The notes under the pieces were generated by a model that saw only the letters and a program-made list of their open reading frames with translations, was not told where the DNA came from and did no database searches. A DNA stretch of 64,000 nt from an uncultured Chloroflexia bacterium (GTDB taxonomy: Bacteria; Chloroflexota; Limnocylindria; Limnocylindrales; CSP1-4), in NCBI GenBank assembly GCA_963816135.1, contig CAWFJD010000014.1, positions 16,687-80,686 on the forward strand. The letters are read 5' to 3'. Both the position numbers and the translations under genes were made by a program. Numbering within the stretch: the first letter of the stretch is position 1; each line of letters opens with the position of its first letter. Below are positions 29,060-38,279 of the stretch, piece by piece.

Positions 29060-29773
29060 CTATCCGTCCCTGAGCCAGCCGGCCCGGCTCTCGCGGGGTT
29101 CGAGCCCGGCAAGCAGGCGAAGCACCGGTACGGAGGCCGCGTACACGTCCGCGAGCGTGTCCGGAAGCGCGGGTGACATGACTTCCTCGTCGGAGAGCCG
29201 GCGACCGAACGTCACGTCCTTGAGCTTGAGAAGGTGAACGTTGGGATGGTCGGCCGGAAAGCCGGTGGGCACGCGCTTCAGACTGTCGCCCTCGACCGTG
29301 CCGAATGTCGCGACGAAAGCCGGATCCTCCAGAGCCTCCCTTATCGCTTCCGGTTTGTCGACGATCTCGCGCCGCCAGCTCGCCAGCCTGGCCGGTTCTG
29401 GATGCCACATCCCGCCGCCTGCAAAGATGTCGCCCGGGCTGAAGTGGAAGTAGCCGCCCACGCCTCCGCCTTCACCTGCCCATGGAAAGCTTGCCGAAAT
29501 CTGGGTCTTGTACGGGGACTTGTCGGCGGAGAACCGGACATCGCGGTAGATGCGGAAAGGTGAATGCGAAGGGTCCGATCGGAGCGGCAAGCCTCGAGCC
29601 TCGAAACGCGCCCCCAGGGCCAGGCAAAGGGCGGCCAGCGGCTCCTTGAGCAACCGCTCGTACTCGGCCTTGCGCGGCTGGAACCACGAGCGCTCATTGT
29701 GGGCGGCCAGGTCCGCGAGGAACTGGATCCCTTGCCTGGAGAAACCGGTGAACGGCGCGGCCACGACCATCAC
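29060..29773 (-). CDS. DUF2461 (TIGR02453) family protein
   Basis: Intact ORF with FTGFSRQGIQFLADLAAHNERSWFQPRKAEYERLLKEPL..SPFRIYRDVRFSADKSPYKT..GYFHFSPGDIFAGGGMWHPEP. Confidence 0.85.
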   Translation of the reverse strand: MMVVAAPFTGFSRQGIQFLADLAAHNERSWFQPRKAEYERLLKEPLAALCLALGARFEARGLPLRSDPSHSPFRIYRDVRFSADKSPYKTQISASFPWAGEGGGVGGYFHFSPGDIFAGGGMWHPEPARLASWRREIVDKPEAIREALEDPAFVATFGTVEGDSLKRVPTGFPADHPNVHLLKLKDVTFGRRLSDEEVMSPALPDTLADVYAASVPVLRLLAGLEPRESRAGWLRDG

Positions 29774-29881
29774 TTCTCCCCGTTCGACGAGTTACGCCGC
29801 GGCATCGTCTCACGCACGATCCACGATCGAAAGGGCCTGGCGAGTGCGTTGCGCCGAACGTAGCCACGGGGCCACGCAGGG

Positions 29882-30341
29882 CTAATCCGGTGCGACTCCG
29901 CCCCGCGAAGCGGTCTTCGCTCGGGCCGCCGCCAGGATCGACTGGTCGTTGGCTTTGTACTCGGGATACAGGCGCACGGCTTGTCGACGTAGGCCACGAC
30001 TGCTTCGTCGTCGACGGTGCCGTCCTCGAAGTCCCAGCTCATCAATACGGAGCTTCCGGCTCGGAGGACGTGGCGCTCGTCCGACATCATCACGCCATAC
30101 AGGAACTTGAGGCTGACGCCCTACGGGCCGGTTTGCATCGACGGCGGCGACCCAATGCCGCCAGTCGCCGGCCAGGGCGTACATCAGGATCCCGTACTTG
30201 ATAGCGACGTCGAACCCCGGCGTGCGCCATGCCGATGGCGCCGTCGAGTTGACGGGAAAGCGCGGCCCTATCGGGCGGCAAACCCTCGACGTAGCTCTCC
30301 AGCACGGAGTCGTGATCGGCGGGCGGCTCCTTAGTGGACAT
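29882..30341 (-). pseudogene. DUF1801 (YdhG-like) domain protein; about 3 frame breaks
   Basis: Stitched pieces: MSTKEPPADHDSVLESYVEGLPPDRAALSRQLDGAI; PGFDVAIKYGILMYALAGDWRHWVAAVDA; HVLRAGSSVLMSWDFEDGTVDDEAVVAYVDK; AVRLYPEYKANDQS. Confidence 0.6.
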
Positions 30342-30456
30342 ATCCCGATTGTGTCACAGGAACCCGGCCAGGAGCCCTCCGTCTCACGACGGCTCGGTCG
30401 ACGCGGCATTGAGCATCGCCGTCTCTCCCACTGGCCGGCCCGTGAGGGCTCCGCGT

Positions 30457-31857
30457 TCAGTGGCGGAACGAGGTCGCCAGTTCCTTGGCCGTGGGCTCCG
30501 GCTGGCGCTCGAGCTCCGGAAGAAGCCGCTCCAGGTCGGCCAGGAACAGCGTCATCAGATCGTGCGAGAAGCCATTCCTCACGACGATGCGCAGCACGGC
30601 CAGATCCTCACGATCCGCCGGGAACGAGTAGGCCGGAACCTGCCAGCCGCGCTCACGCAGCCGCCGGGACACGTCGAACACGGTGAAGTTGTCGATCCCT
30701 TCCTTGACTCGGAAGGCGACGACCGGCAACTCGTGTCCGTCCGTGACGAGCTCGAAGGGGCCCATCGCCGCGAGAGCCCTGGCCAGGTCACCGGCGACGT
30801 CGCGACAGACACCGTGAACGGCCCGGTATCCCTCGTGCCCGAGGCGCAAGAACATGTAGTACTGGGCCACGATCTGTGCCCCGGGCCGCGAGAAGTTGAG
30901 GGCGAAGGTAGGCATATCGCCGCCCAGGTAGTTGACGTGGTAGATCAACTCCTCGGGAAGAGCCTCCTGATCGCGCCACAGGACCCACCCCACTCCCGGA
31001 AACACCAGACCGTATTTGTGCCCCGAGGTATTGATGCTGGCCACACGCGGGACGCGGAAATCCCACTCCAGATCGGGATCCAGGAACGGAGCGACCATGC
31101 CGCCGGAAGCGCCATCCACGTGGATTGGAACGTCCAGGCCGGTCCTCTGCTGCAACTCGTCGAGCGCGGACGCGATCTCCGCCACCGGTTCGTAGGAACC
31201 GTCGAAAGTGGAACCCATCACCACGACGACGCCGATCGTGTTCTCGTCGATCCGCTTGACCGCCTCCTCCGCCGAAAGATGGAAGCGGTCGCCGGACATG
31301 GGCACCAGCCGCGGCTCTACCTCGAAGTAGTTGGCGAACTTGTCCCAGCAGACCTGGACGTTGACGCCCATCACGATGTTGGGTGAATCGAATGGCTTTC
31401 CGGCGGCCTTGCGCGCGTTCTGCCAGCGCCGCTTGAGCGCCATGCCGCCGAGCATGCAGGCTTCTGACGAGCCGACTGTCGAACAACCGGGGGCTTTGCC
31501 CGGATCCGGCGCATGCCAGAGGTCGGCAAGGATCGCCACGCAGCGGTGCTCGATCTCGGCGGTCTGCGGATACTCGTCCTTGTCGATCATGTTCTTGGGC
31601 AGACACTCGGCCATGAGGGCGCCCACCTCGGGCTCCATCCACGTCGTGACGAAGGTGGCCAGGTTCTGACGGGCATTGCCGTCGAGCATCAGCTCGTCGT
31701 GGATGATCTGGTAGGCGGCCGCCGCGGACATCTCGCCGTCAGGTAAACGGCGCGTCGGGATGGGCGAAAGCACGGATCCCTGGGAGAACAGAGGGTTGAT
31801 CGAAAGGTGCTCGGCCTGTTCGGCCAGGTGGCGGCGCCGATGGCTCGAACCCAACAT
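30457..31857 (-). CDS. gadB: Glutamate decarboxylase (PLP-dependent, group II)
   Basis: ORF 30457-32139 from AGGAGG plus ATG at 31857. Motifs: NLATFVTTWMEPE, MIDKDEYPQTAEIE, and the PLP-lysine motif SINTSGHKYGLV. It is 466 aa and intact. Confidence 0.92.
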   Translation of the reverse strand: MLGSSHRRRHLAEQAEHLSINPLFSQGSVLSPIPTRRLPDGEMSAAAAYQIIHDELMLDGNARQNLATFVTTWMEPEVGALMAECLPKNMIDKDEYPQTAEIEHRCVAILADLWHAPDPGKAPGCSTVGSSEACMLGGMALKRRWQNARKAAGKPFDSPNIVMGVNVQVCWDKFANYFEVEPRLVPMSGDRFHLSAEEAVKRIDENTIGVVVVMGSTFDGSYEPVAEIASALDELQQRTGLDVPIHVDGASGGMVAPFLDPDLEWDFRVPRVASINTSGHKYGLVFPGVGWVLWRDQEALPEELIYHVNYLGGDMPTFALNFSRPGAQIVAQYYMFLRLGHEGYRAVHGVCRDVAGDLARALAAMGPFELVTDGHELPVVAFRVKEGIDNFTVFDVSRRLRERGWQVPAYSFPADREDLAVLRIVVRNGFSHDLMTLFLADLERLLPELERQPEPTAKELATSFRH

Positions 31858-31944
31858 CCCACTGACCTCCTCTGGCGATCGCGCAGATCCACGACCGAAT
31901 GGCCGATCAACTCTACCGGCCGAAGTCAAAGGCTCCGGGGCCAG

Positions 31945-31984
31945 GTACAAGAAGGCGGGGGCCGGCCGAAAGCCGACCCCCGCC
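31945..31984 (-). terminator. Intrinsic terminator after the beta-propeller gene
   Basis: Minus strand reads GGCGGGGGTCGGC-TTTC-GGCCGGCCCCCGCC followed by TTCTTGT. It starts about 20 nt after the stop at 32006. Confidence 0.55.
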
Positions 31985-32005
31985 ACGTGATCCGAGGAGT
32001 GAGGA

Positions 32006-33144
32006 TCAGTGGAGGAAGGCCAGCATGTTCGTGTCGTCTTCCACGAAGTACAGGCCGTTTCCGGCCATGTTGACCGCCAGGCCGAACAGTGACCCGCCGC
32101 CGGCGGCGTCGATCGTCTTGGAAGCGACCAGCATGCCACTCCGGGATGTCTCCGCGATCATCCCGTCACCCGCGTTGACCGTGAGGATGTTGCCGTTCGG
32201 CGCCAGTGCCAGGCCGAGTGGCTGGTTGAGGACCTTGTTGGTTGAGACCGTCATGCCACGGTGGGACGCGGTCATCCTGTCGACCGCGTTCGGGATGGCA
32301 GCGATGCGATTGCCGAGCGTATCGGCGACATACAGAGTGTCGTTACCCGCGAGGTCGAGGCCGGTCGGCCCGAGTACGAGAGCCGCGGGATCGGTCTTCT
32401 CAGGAAAGCCCCAGCCGACGATCTGCTCAGAGGTAACCATTGGCATGCCGGACTTCGAGGCGGCTAGCCCGATCCGTACGACCGTGCCCTTGTTGACCGT
32501 CTTGCCCTTCGCGGCGACGGTTCCGTTCAGCACGTTGGAGACGAACAAGACCATCCCGTCCTTGGTGTTGTCCAGGGCAGTCATGTCCCAGGGCCCGTTG
32601 ATCAGGCCGCCGTGGATGGTCGCGGCCACCTTGCCCGAGCTGTTGAGCACGATGAGGCAGCCCGCCTTCGCCGTGGCCGACATGCCGTCCTTCGTCGGCA
32701 GGCTACCGACGACGACCCAGCCGTTCTTGAGAGCCACAAGGGCGGTCGTCAGGCCGACGCCTCCGGGACAGCTCTTCACGTCACTGGCCATGACCGTGGC
32801 GAACAACTTCATCTGGCCGGAGGGCGAGATCTCGACTATCGTCGTACCGGTGCCTTGCAGATTCGACATGGCGTTGAAGTTGCTCACAAGGACGTTGCCC
32901 TTGACGAGCGAGCCCATCGACACCGGAGCGATTGCCACGCCGTACGGGTTCACGTCGCCATTGGAGGGTACGGTCGAGCTGACCTGGCTCACCGTCAGCG
33001 ACTTGATGAATGAGGCCGGAGTGGATTGGGCTCCGACCGCGGGGGCGAGGAGGCCGCTACGGCGAGTGCGGCGGCAGCCAGGGCGGCGACGACAGGCCGC
33101 AACCTGGCCCCAGGTACTGAGGCGGCGGTATCACTGAGACGCAT
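32006..33144 (-). pseudogene. Secreted beta-propeller repeat protein (NHL/YncE-like); 1 frame break near 33040
   Basis: ATG at 33144 gives MRLSDTAASVPGARLRPVVAALAAAALAVAASSP (signal). This joins ORF 32006-32992, which has repeated ..NGPWD.., ..LYVADTLGNRIAAI.. and ..QPLGLALAPNGNILTVNAGDG.. blades. Confidence 0.65.
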
Positions 33145-33519
33145 TTGGGCAGGCCTCGAGTGCAGGCTCGGTAGCCTCGGGCCTGGGCAGCCGTGAGGGC
33201 GAGCCTCGCCGGTGATATGCGAAACCGCGTCCGCGAGGGCACTGCCCGTTCCGCCAGATCTCCTACCCGTTCCGAGCCCGGCCGGCAAAATCCACGCTCA
33301 AACCTGCGGCGCCGGTCGCCCGTTACGGAAAGCATGCAGCTTCTTCGCGCCCGAGAGGCTCGCAACCACGACTCGGGACAATTCGATCGGGTCCGCGTCG
33401 GCGGCCTGGCGATCGCCCTCGACCCTATTCCTGGCTGCATCCGAGCCGCGGTTTTCAGCGGTTCATCAGCTTATGCGTGTCGAATGGAGCGGTAGCTGCC
33501 ACAGGGCGATCTACGTGGC

Positions 33520-33570
33520 AGCCACAAAACCGAAACGGCCGGCTGCATTCCCCTCCGCAGCCGGCCGTTT
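33520..33570 (-). terminator. Orphan terminator-like hairpin (14-bp stem, C-rich loop on the + strand, U-tract on the - strand)
   Basis: AAACGGCCGGCTGC (33533-46), loop ATTCCCCTCC, then GCAGCCGGCCGTTT (33557-70). The minus strand continues TTTCGGTTTTGTGG. No annotated minus-strand gene ends here. Confidence 0.45.
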
Positions 33571-33775
33571 CTCTCGCAATAGGACCCTACCCGGCCCGGA
33601 AAAGGTCCTTCCCACCCTGTCCGCGGGGCCGGTTCCGTCGTGCTCAACGAGCCGCCAAATGGACCCTTCGGAGCGTTGCGGCGAGTCGACAAGCGCCACA
33701 GTGGCCCGCCCCCGATCGTCGCCTGACGTCTAAGATTGCCGGGCTCTACGTTCGGACCGAGTCGGAGGATGGCAC

Positions 33776-35203
33776 TTGCCCTGGATAGAGGAGACACCTC
33801 GCGGCCGGATGCTGAGCCGGGTTGGAGCCGCTGAGGCAGCGCTCTATCACGACGATTCCGGTCGCGAACCCGAGCGGACGATCTTCGAGAAGGTCTGGGA
33901 CCTCGTGAAGACCGCGCTCCCCAGGGGCGCCGTGATCCTGTCGGTCCTTACCTTTGCCGGATACGCGCTGGCGCTCCTCCAGAAGCGAATCCTGACGCAC
34001 ACCTTTGGCGCCGGGCCCGAGGTCGACGCCTTCCTGGCGGCATTCAAGCTCCCCGAGCTGGCCCTCCAGATCCTGGTCATGGGTGGAGTCGTCGGTCCGT
34101 TCCTGCCGTTATTCGTAGGTCTCAATGGCGAGGCGAAGGAGACCGCCCGCGAATTCGCCCGGACGATCATGACCCTGGCCGCCCTCGCGATGGGCATCGC
34201 GGCCGCGGTCCTGTTCGTGATCGCGCCGCAGACCGTCCAGATCGTGGCGCCCGGGTTCGCCGGCGAACAGCAGACGTGGTACGTGGACATGTTCCGGCTG
34301 CTGTGCGTCGCCCAGGTACTCGCCTCGGTCTCGATGGTTCTTGGCGAGATCCTGGTGGCGGAGCGGCGCTGGATCACCTACGGCGTCTACGACCTGTTCT
34401 ATCACGCGGGGATCGGCGGCGGCGCGTCTGCTCCTGGCTCCCATCATCGGCATCTACGGAGCCGCGGTCGGGGCCATCGCCGGCGCCGCGGCCGGACTCG
34501 CGGTCCGCGTCTTCGGGGTCGTGCGGACGGGCTTCGTCATCCGCCCGAGCCTGGCGCTCCGGGTCAAGGGCCTCGGCGAATTCATGCGCCTGATGATGCC
34601 CAAGATGGTCGCCCAGCCCCTCACCTACATCATGGGCATCTACTTCGTCAGCCTCGCGTCCACGCTCGCTCCGGGATCGGTGACGGACGTGGACATCGCC
34701 CAGAGCTTCCAGAGCCTGCCCGAGACGCTCATCGGCGTGGCCTTCGCCACGGCCGCCTTCCCGGCGCTCGCGGCCGCGGCCAATGCCGGCGACAAGCGAG
34801 CCTTCAAGCGGGTCTTCGCCACCAATCTGGCGACGATCGCTTTCTTCTCCACCTGCGCGGCGCTCGGGCTGCTCTTCCTTGAGCCGGCTGATCATCAGCA
34901 TCCTGTTCAAGGGCGGCGACGTTCGACGACACGGACGTCAGCCAGACGACCCTGGTCCTCACGATCCTGGCGCTCTCGATCCCACTCGAGAGTCTGACCG
35001 AGCTGATGGCCCGAGGCATCTACGCCACGCACAACACGAGCTGGCCGATGGTCGCGGCGATGGCGGGTTTCGTCGCGGGCGTCATCTCGGCCTGGGAGCT
35101 CTCTCCGGTCCTGGGCCTGGCGGCGATTCCGATCGGCTACACCTTCTGCATGGGGACGAAGCTCGCGGTCCTGACGGCCGTCCTGCAACCCCGCATAGCG
35201 CAC
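33776..35203 (+). pseudogene. murJ: Lipid II flippase MurJ (MviN) core; about 3 frame breaks; start TTG 33776 or ATG 33809
   Basis: Stitched from ORF 33776-34882 (..LQKRILTHTFGAGPEVDAFLAAFKLPELALQILVMGGVVGPFLPLF..), ORF 34341-34997 (..MMPKMVAQPLTYIMGIYFVSLASTL..SFQSLPETLIGVAFATAAFPALA..) and ORF 35006-35815 (..MARGIYATHNTSWPMV..). Confidence 0.85.
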
Positions 35204-36153
35204 ATGGGCGCTTCCTCACGCTGGACCCGGGCGATCGTCCGGGATCGCTGGGGAAGCCAGATTCCCGAGCGGCGGCCCGTCTCCCCGGCGCGAGTTGCCG
35301 TCATGTCGGTGGCGGTGGTTGCCCTGATGAGCGGCATGGCCTTCGCCGGGACACAGGCCCTGGGCCGGGCGAGTCTCGCCGGTCCGGTCACGACCCCGTG
35401 GGCGCCGGAGCACGCCCTCCGTTCGCCCGCCTATACGCTGCCCGCCGACGTCGCCACGCCGGCGCCCACGCCGGACCCGAGCCAGATCGCCGTCGATCCG
35501 GCCGGCTCGCCCACACCGCCGGCCGCCGCCACTCCTTCCCCAACGCCGGGCATCTTCGCCATGGATCTGTACCAGGCCCGGGGACTTCGTCGGCGAGCTG
35601 AAGGACACCTGGTGCGTGCCGGCCGCGATGCAGACCTCGATCAACATCATGAGCGTCAGTCCCGACGTGACCCGAGACACCCAGCAGAAGCTCTTCGATC
35701 TCGCCGTCTCAGTGGCGGGCAGCTTCGTACGGCGGCGCGGATCCGTCCGGCTGGGCGACCGGCCTGCAATCCCTCGGCTATGGCAAGTACGAGGTGGGCG
35801 CGGACTCGAACATGAACAACGCGGTCAAGACGGTCGTCACCCAGATCCGCCTGACCTCCAGGCCCGCCGGGCTGCTGGTCTGGCGCGGCTGGCATTCCTG
35901 GGTCGTCTCGGGCTTCACCGCGACGGCCGATCCTGCGATCACGAGCAACTTCACGGTCCTGTCTCTGCGGATAGAGGACGTCTGGTATCCCCGCATCTCC
36001 AACTTGTGGAACAAAGCTCGCAACGGAGCCTCCCGGCCGCCCGATGCGGACGTACCCGTCAAAGACCTGGCGGTGGACTTCCTCGTCTGGAACCAGGGCA
36101 AGGCGTACCCCGGTCGCGACCACAAGTTCGTCTACGTGATGCCGACGAACTAG
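35204..36153 (+). pseudogene. Extra TM helix, Pro-rich linker and papain-fold C39-like peptidase domain. It is in frame with MurJ with no intervening stop (fusion or separate gene); about 2 frame breaks
   Basis: Same frame as the MurJ tail: ..RIAHMGASS..VAVMSVAVVALMSGMAFAG (TM), then ..TPAPTPDPSQ..PTPPAAATPSPTPG. Next come GDFVGELKDTWCVPAAMQTSINIMS (Cys motif), ..GGADPSGWATGLQSLGY.. and ..RPAGLLVWRGWHSWVVSGF (His motif). Stop at 36151-36153. Confidence 0.6.
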
Positions 36154-36179
36154 ACGCGTCAGCCCTCTACCGGGCACCT

Positions 36180-36217
36180 CCGGCCGACTCCCTTGCCGGC
36201 CGACTCCCGTGCCGGCG
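36180..36217. repeat. 16-nt tandem repeat CCGGCCGACTCCC(T/G)TG x ~2.4
   Basis: Read directly in the convergent intergenic gap 36154-36228. Each unit can pair (CCGGC/GCCGG), so the repeat may act as a terminator. Confidence 0.5.
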
Positions 36218-36228
36218 ACGCCTCGCCC

Positions 36229-37215
36229 TCAGCTGAAGAGCGCTCGAAGCTGATCGGGGCTGATGTTTCCGCCGCTGCAGATCAGGGCGACCTTGCGACC
36301 GGCCAGCCGGTCCTTGATCCGAAGGGCTGCGGCCAGTGGAACGGCTCCGGCGCCTTCGACCATCGACCTCGTGCCTTCGATCATCTGGATGGTGGCCTGC
36401 CTGATCTCCTCCTCGGAGACGAGGACGAAGTCGTTCAGGCGGCCCCAGAGGATGCGCTGGGTCAGCTCGAAGCCCACACGAGTCGCGACTCCCTCGGCCG
36501 CGGTAGCCATCTTGTCTTCGAGGAGTTCATGCGCCTTCCACGATCGATACGCCGCCGGTGCCGCCGCTGCCTGGGCGCCGATCACCTGCAGCCGTGAGCC
36601 GATCGCTTCCGCCACCAGGCATGCCCCGGCCATCCCGCTGCCGCCGCCGACCGGTCCGATGATCGTGTCGATGTCCGGCCGGTCCTCGACGATCTCCAGC
36701 GTCTGCGTGGCGACGCCGGCAATGATGCGCGGCTCGTTGGCCGCGTGGACCATCCGGTAACCCTTCTCGGCGGCAAGTCGGGCGCAGTGCTCACGCGCTT
36801 CGTCGAAGTCCTTGCCCGCGGCGACGACCTCGGCGCCCATCCGCTCCATCGCCCGCACCTTGACGGAGTTGGCCCCCACGGGCACGAAGATCACGGCTTT
36901 GACGCCGAACATCTGGGCGGCGTACGCGATCGACTGGCCGTGGTTGCCGGTCGAGGCCGTCGTGACGCCGGCGGCTCGCTCCTCGTCGGAGAGCTGTGAG
37001 ATCAGGTTGATCCCGCCCCGGATCTTGAACACGCCGATGGGCTGGAAGTTCTCGTGCTTGACCCACACGTCCGTCCCGACGAGCTCGCACAGCGCGGGGT
37101 GCCGGTAGAGCGGCGTAGGCCGGAGATACGCGGAGATCCGTCGGCGGGCTTCGTAGACGTCGTTCATGCCCGGGATCTCGATCACTTCGGCCTCCGTGGA
37201 TCCTTCGCTCGACAC
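36229..37215 (-). CDS. PLP-dependent threonine/serine dehydratase (threonine ammonia-lyase family, catabolic-size)
   Basis: Intact 328-aa ORF with GTG start. Motifs: PLP-lysine KHENFQPIGVFKIRGG, STGNHGQS, and the Gly-rich loop GPVGGGSGMAG. Confidence 0.85.
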   Translation of the reverse strand: MSSEGSTEAEVIEIPGMNDVYEARRRISAYLRPTPLYRHPALCELVGTDVWVKHENFQPIGVFKIRGGINLISQLSDEERAAGVTTASTGNHGQSIAYAAQMFGVKAVIFVPVGANSVKVRAMERMGAEVVAAGKDFDEAREHCARLAAEKGYRMVHAANEPRIIAGVATQTLEIVEDRPDIDTIIGPVGGGSGMAGACLVAEAIGSRLQVIGAQAAAAPAAYRSWKAHELLEDKMATAAEGVATRVGFELTQRILWGRLNDFVLVSEEEIRQATIQMIEGTRSMVEGAGAVPLAAALRIKDRLAGRKVALICSGGNISPDQLRALFS

Positions 37216-37249
37216 TGTGAACCGCGAGGATGGCGTAAGCTCGGCTCTA

Positions 37250-37277
37250 ATGGAACCCGCGTATTCCTTGGTTCCAT
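37250..37277. promoter_or_regulatory. Inverted repeat ATGGAACC-N12-GGTTCCAT in the divergent promoter (candidate LysR box)
   Basis: Read directly. It is flanked by a second dyad, GCTCTAA (37244-50) and TTAGAGC (37290-96). It lies between the dehydratase start (37215) and the LysR start (37311). Confidence 0.5.
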
Positions 37278-37310
37278 CAAAGCCCTGCTTAGAGCAAGAG
37301 GACCGACGCC

Positions 37311-38237
37311 TTGGAGATCGATCCGCGCAGACTCCTCATACTCCGGGCGGTCGCCCAGACGGGCTCGCTTGCCGGAGCGGCTCGGAAGCTCGGCTGGACG
37401 CAGCCCGCGGTCAGCCAGCAGATGAGCCAGCTGGAGCGTGAGCTGGGCGTCGAGGTCCTCGCCCGGACCGCACGCGGGGCCACGTTGACGCAAGCCGGCG
37501 AGTTGCTGCTCCGCCACGCCGACGCGATCGCCAGCCGGCTCTCGGCGGCAGCCGAGGAGGTCCTCTCTACCCGCCGTCGAGGAGCCCGGCACCTGAGGAT
37601 CGTGGCGTTTCCGTCCGCCGGCAAGGCCCTGGTGCTGCCGGCTCTGGCAACCCTGGCCACGACCAGCCCGGAGGTGACCGCTTCCCTGATCGTGGCCGAG
37701 CCCGACGAAGCCCGGGCCATGCTCCGCTCGGATACCGCGGATCTGGCCGTCGTCTTCGCCTACAAACGGGAACGCGAGGAACCCTCCTTCGAGCGCCACG
37801 TCCTGCTCACCGAGCCGATCCATGCTGTTCTGCCGCTGTCTCATCCGCTCGCCGGGGACCCCGCGTTGAGCCTGTCCTCCCTGAGCGGGGAGCGGTGGAT
37901 AGCGGGCTGCGAGCGCTGCCGCGACAACCTGCTCGGCGTCTGCGCCGCGGCCGGGTTCGCGCCCGACATCCGCCACAGCCTCGACGACTTCGTCCTGGTC
38001 CAGCACCTCGTCGCGGAAGGGCTCGGCGTGGCTCTTCTGCCCTCGATGGCGTTCTCCACGTTCCGCCATCCCGCGCTGGCGGTTCGGGCAATGCCGGGCC
38101 TGGGCAGCCGCGAAGTGGCTTGCCTCACGTCTCAGGAGGCGCTCGCGGTACCGACGATCGCGGTGGCAATGGGAGCGCTTCAGGCCGCGGCGGACGCGGT
38201 GGCCAGGTCGGAGATGACGGCGGCGATCCAGGTCTGA
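37311..38237 (+). CDS. LysR family transcriptional regulator
   Basis: Intact ORF with N-terminal wHTH LLILRAVAQTGSLAGAARKLGWTQPAVSQQMSQLERELG and a typical substrate-binding domain. Confidence 0.9.
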   Translation: MEIDPRRLLILRAVAQTGSLAGAARKLGWTQPAVSQQMSQLERELGVEVLARTARGATLTQAGELLLRHADAIASRLSAAAEEVLSTRRRGARHLRIVAFPSAGKALVLPALATLATTSPEVTASLIVAEPDEARAMLRSDTADLAVVFAYKREREEPSFERHVLLTEPIHAVLPLSHPLAGDPALSLSSLSGERWIAGCERCRDNLLGVCAAAGFAPDIRHSLDDFVLVQHLVAEGLGVALLPSMAFSTFRHPALAVRAMPGLGSREVACLTSQEALAVPTIAVAMGALQAAADAVARSEMTAAIQV

Positions 38238-38279
38238 TCGGGCGCGGCCAGCCCGACCGATCGCGGATACCATTGCCCG

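Noticed and set aside
27566-29176. A 536-aa ORF read as a single protein
   Set aside because: Only the first ~220 codons after ATG 27635 look like protein. The remainder is junk that overlaps the SRPBCC gene in another frame and the convergent DUF2461 gene. The stop has most likely been lost through an indel.
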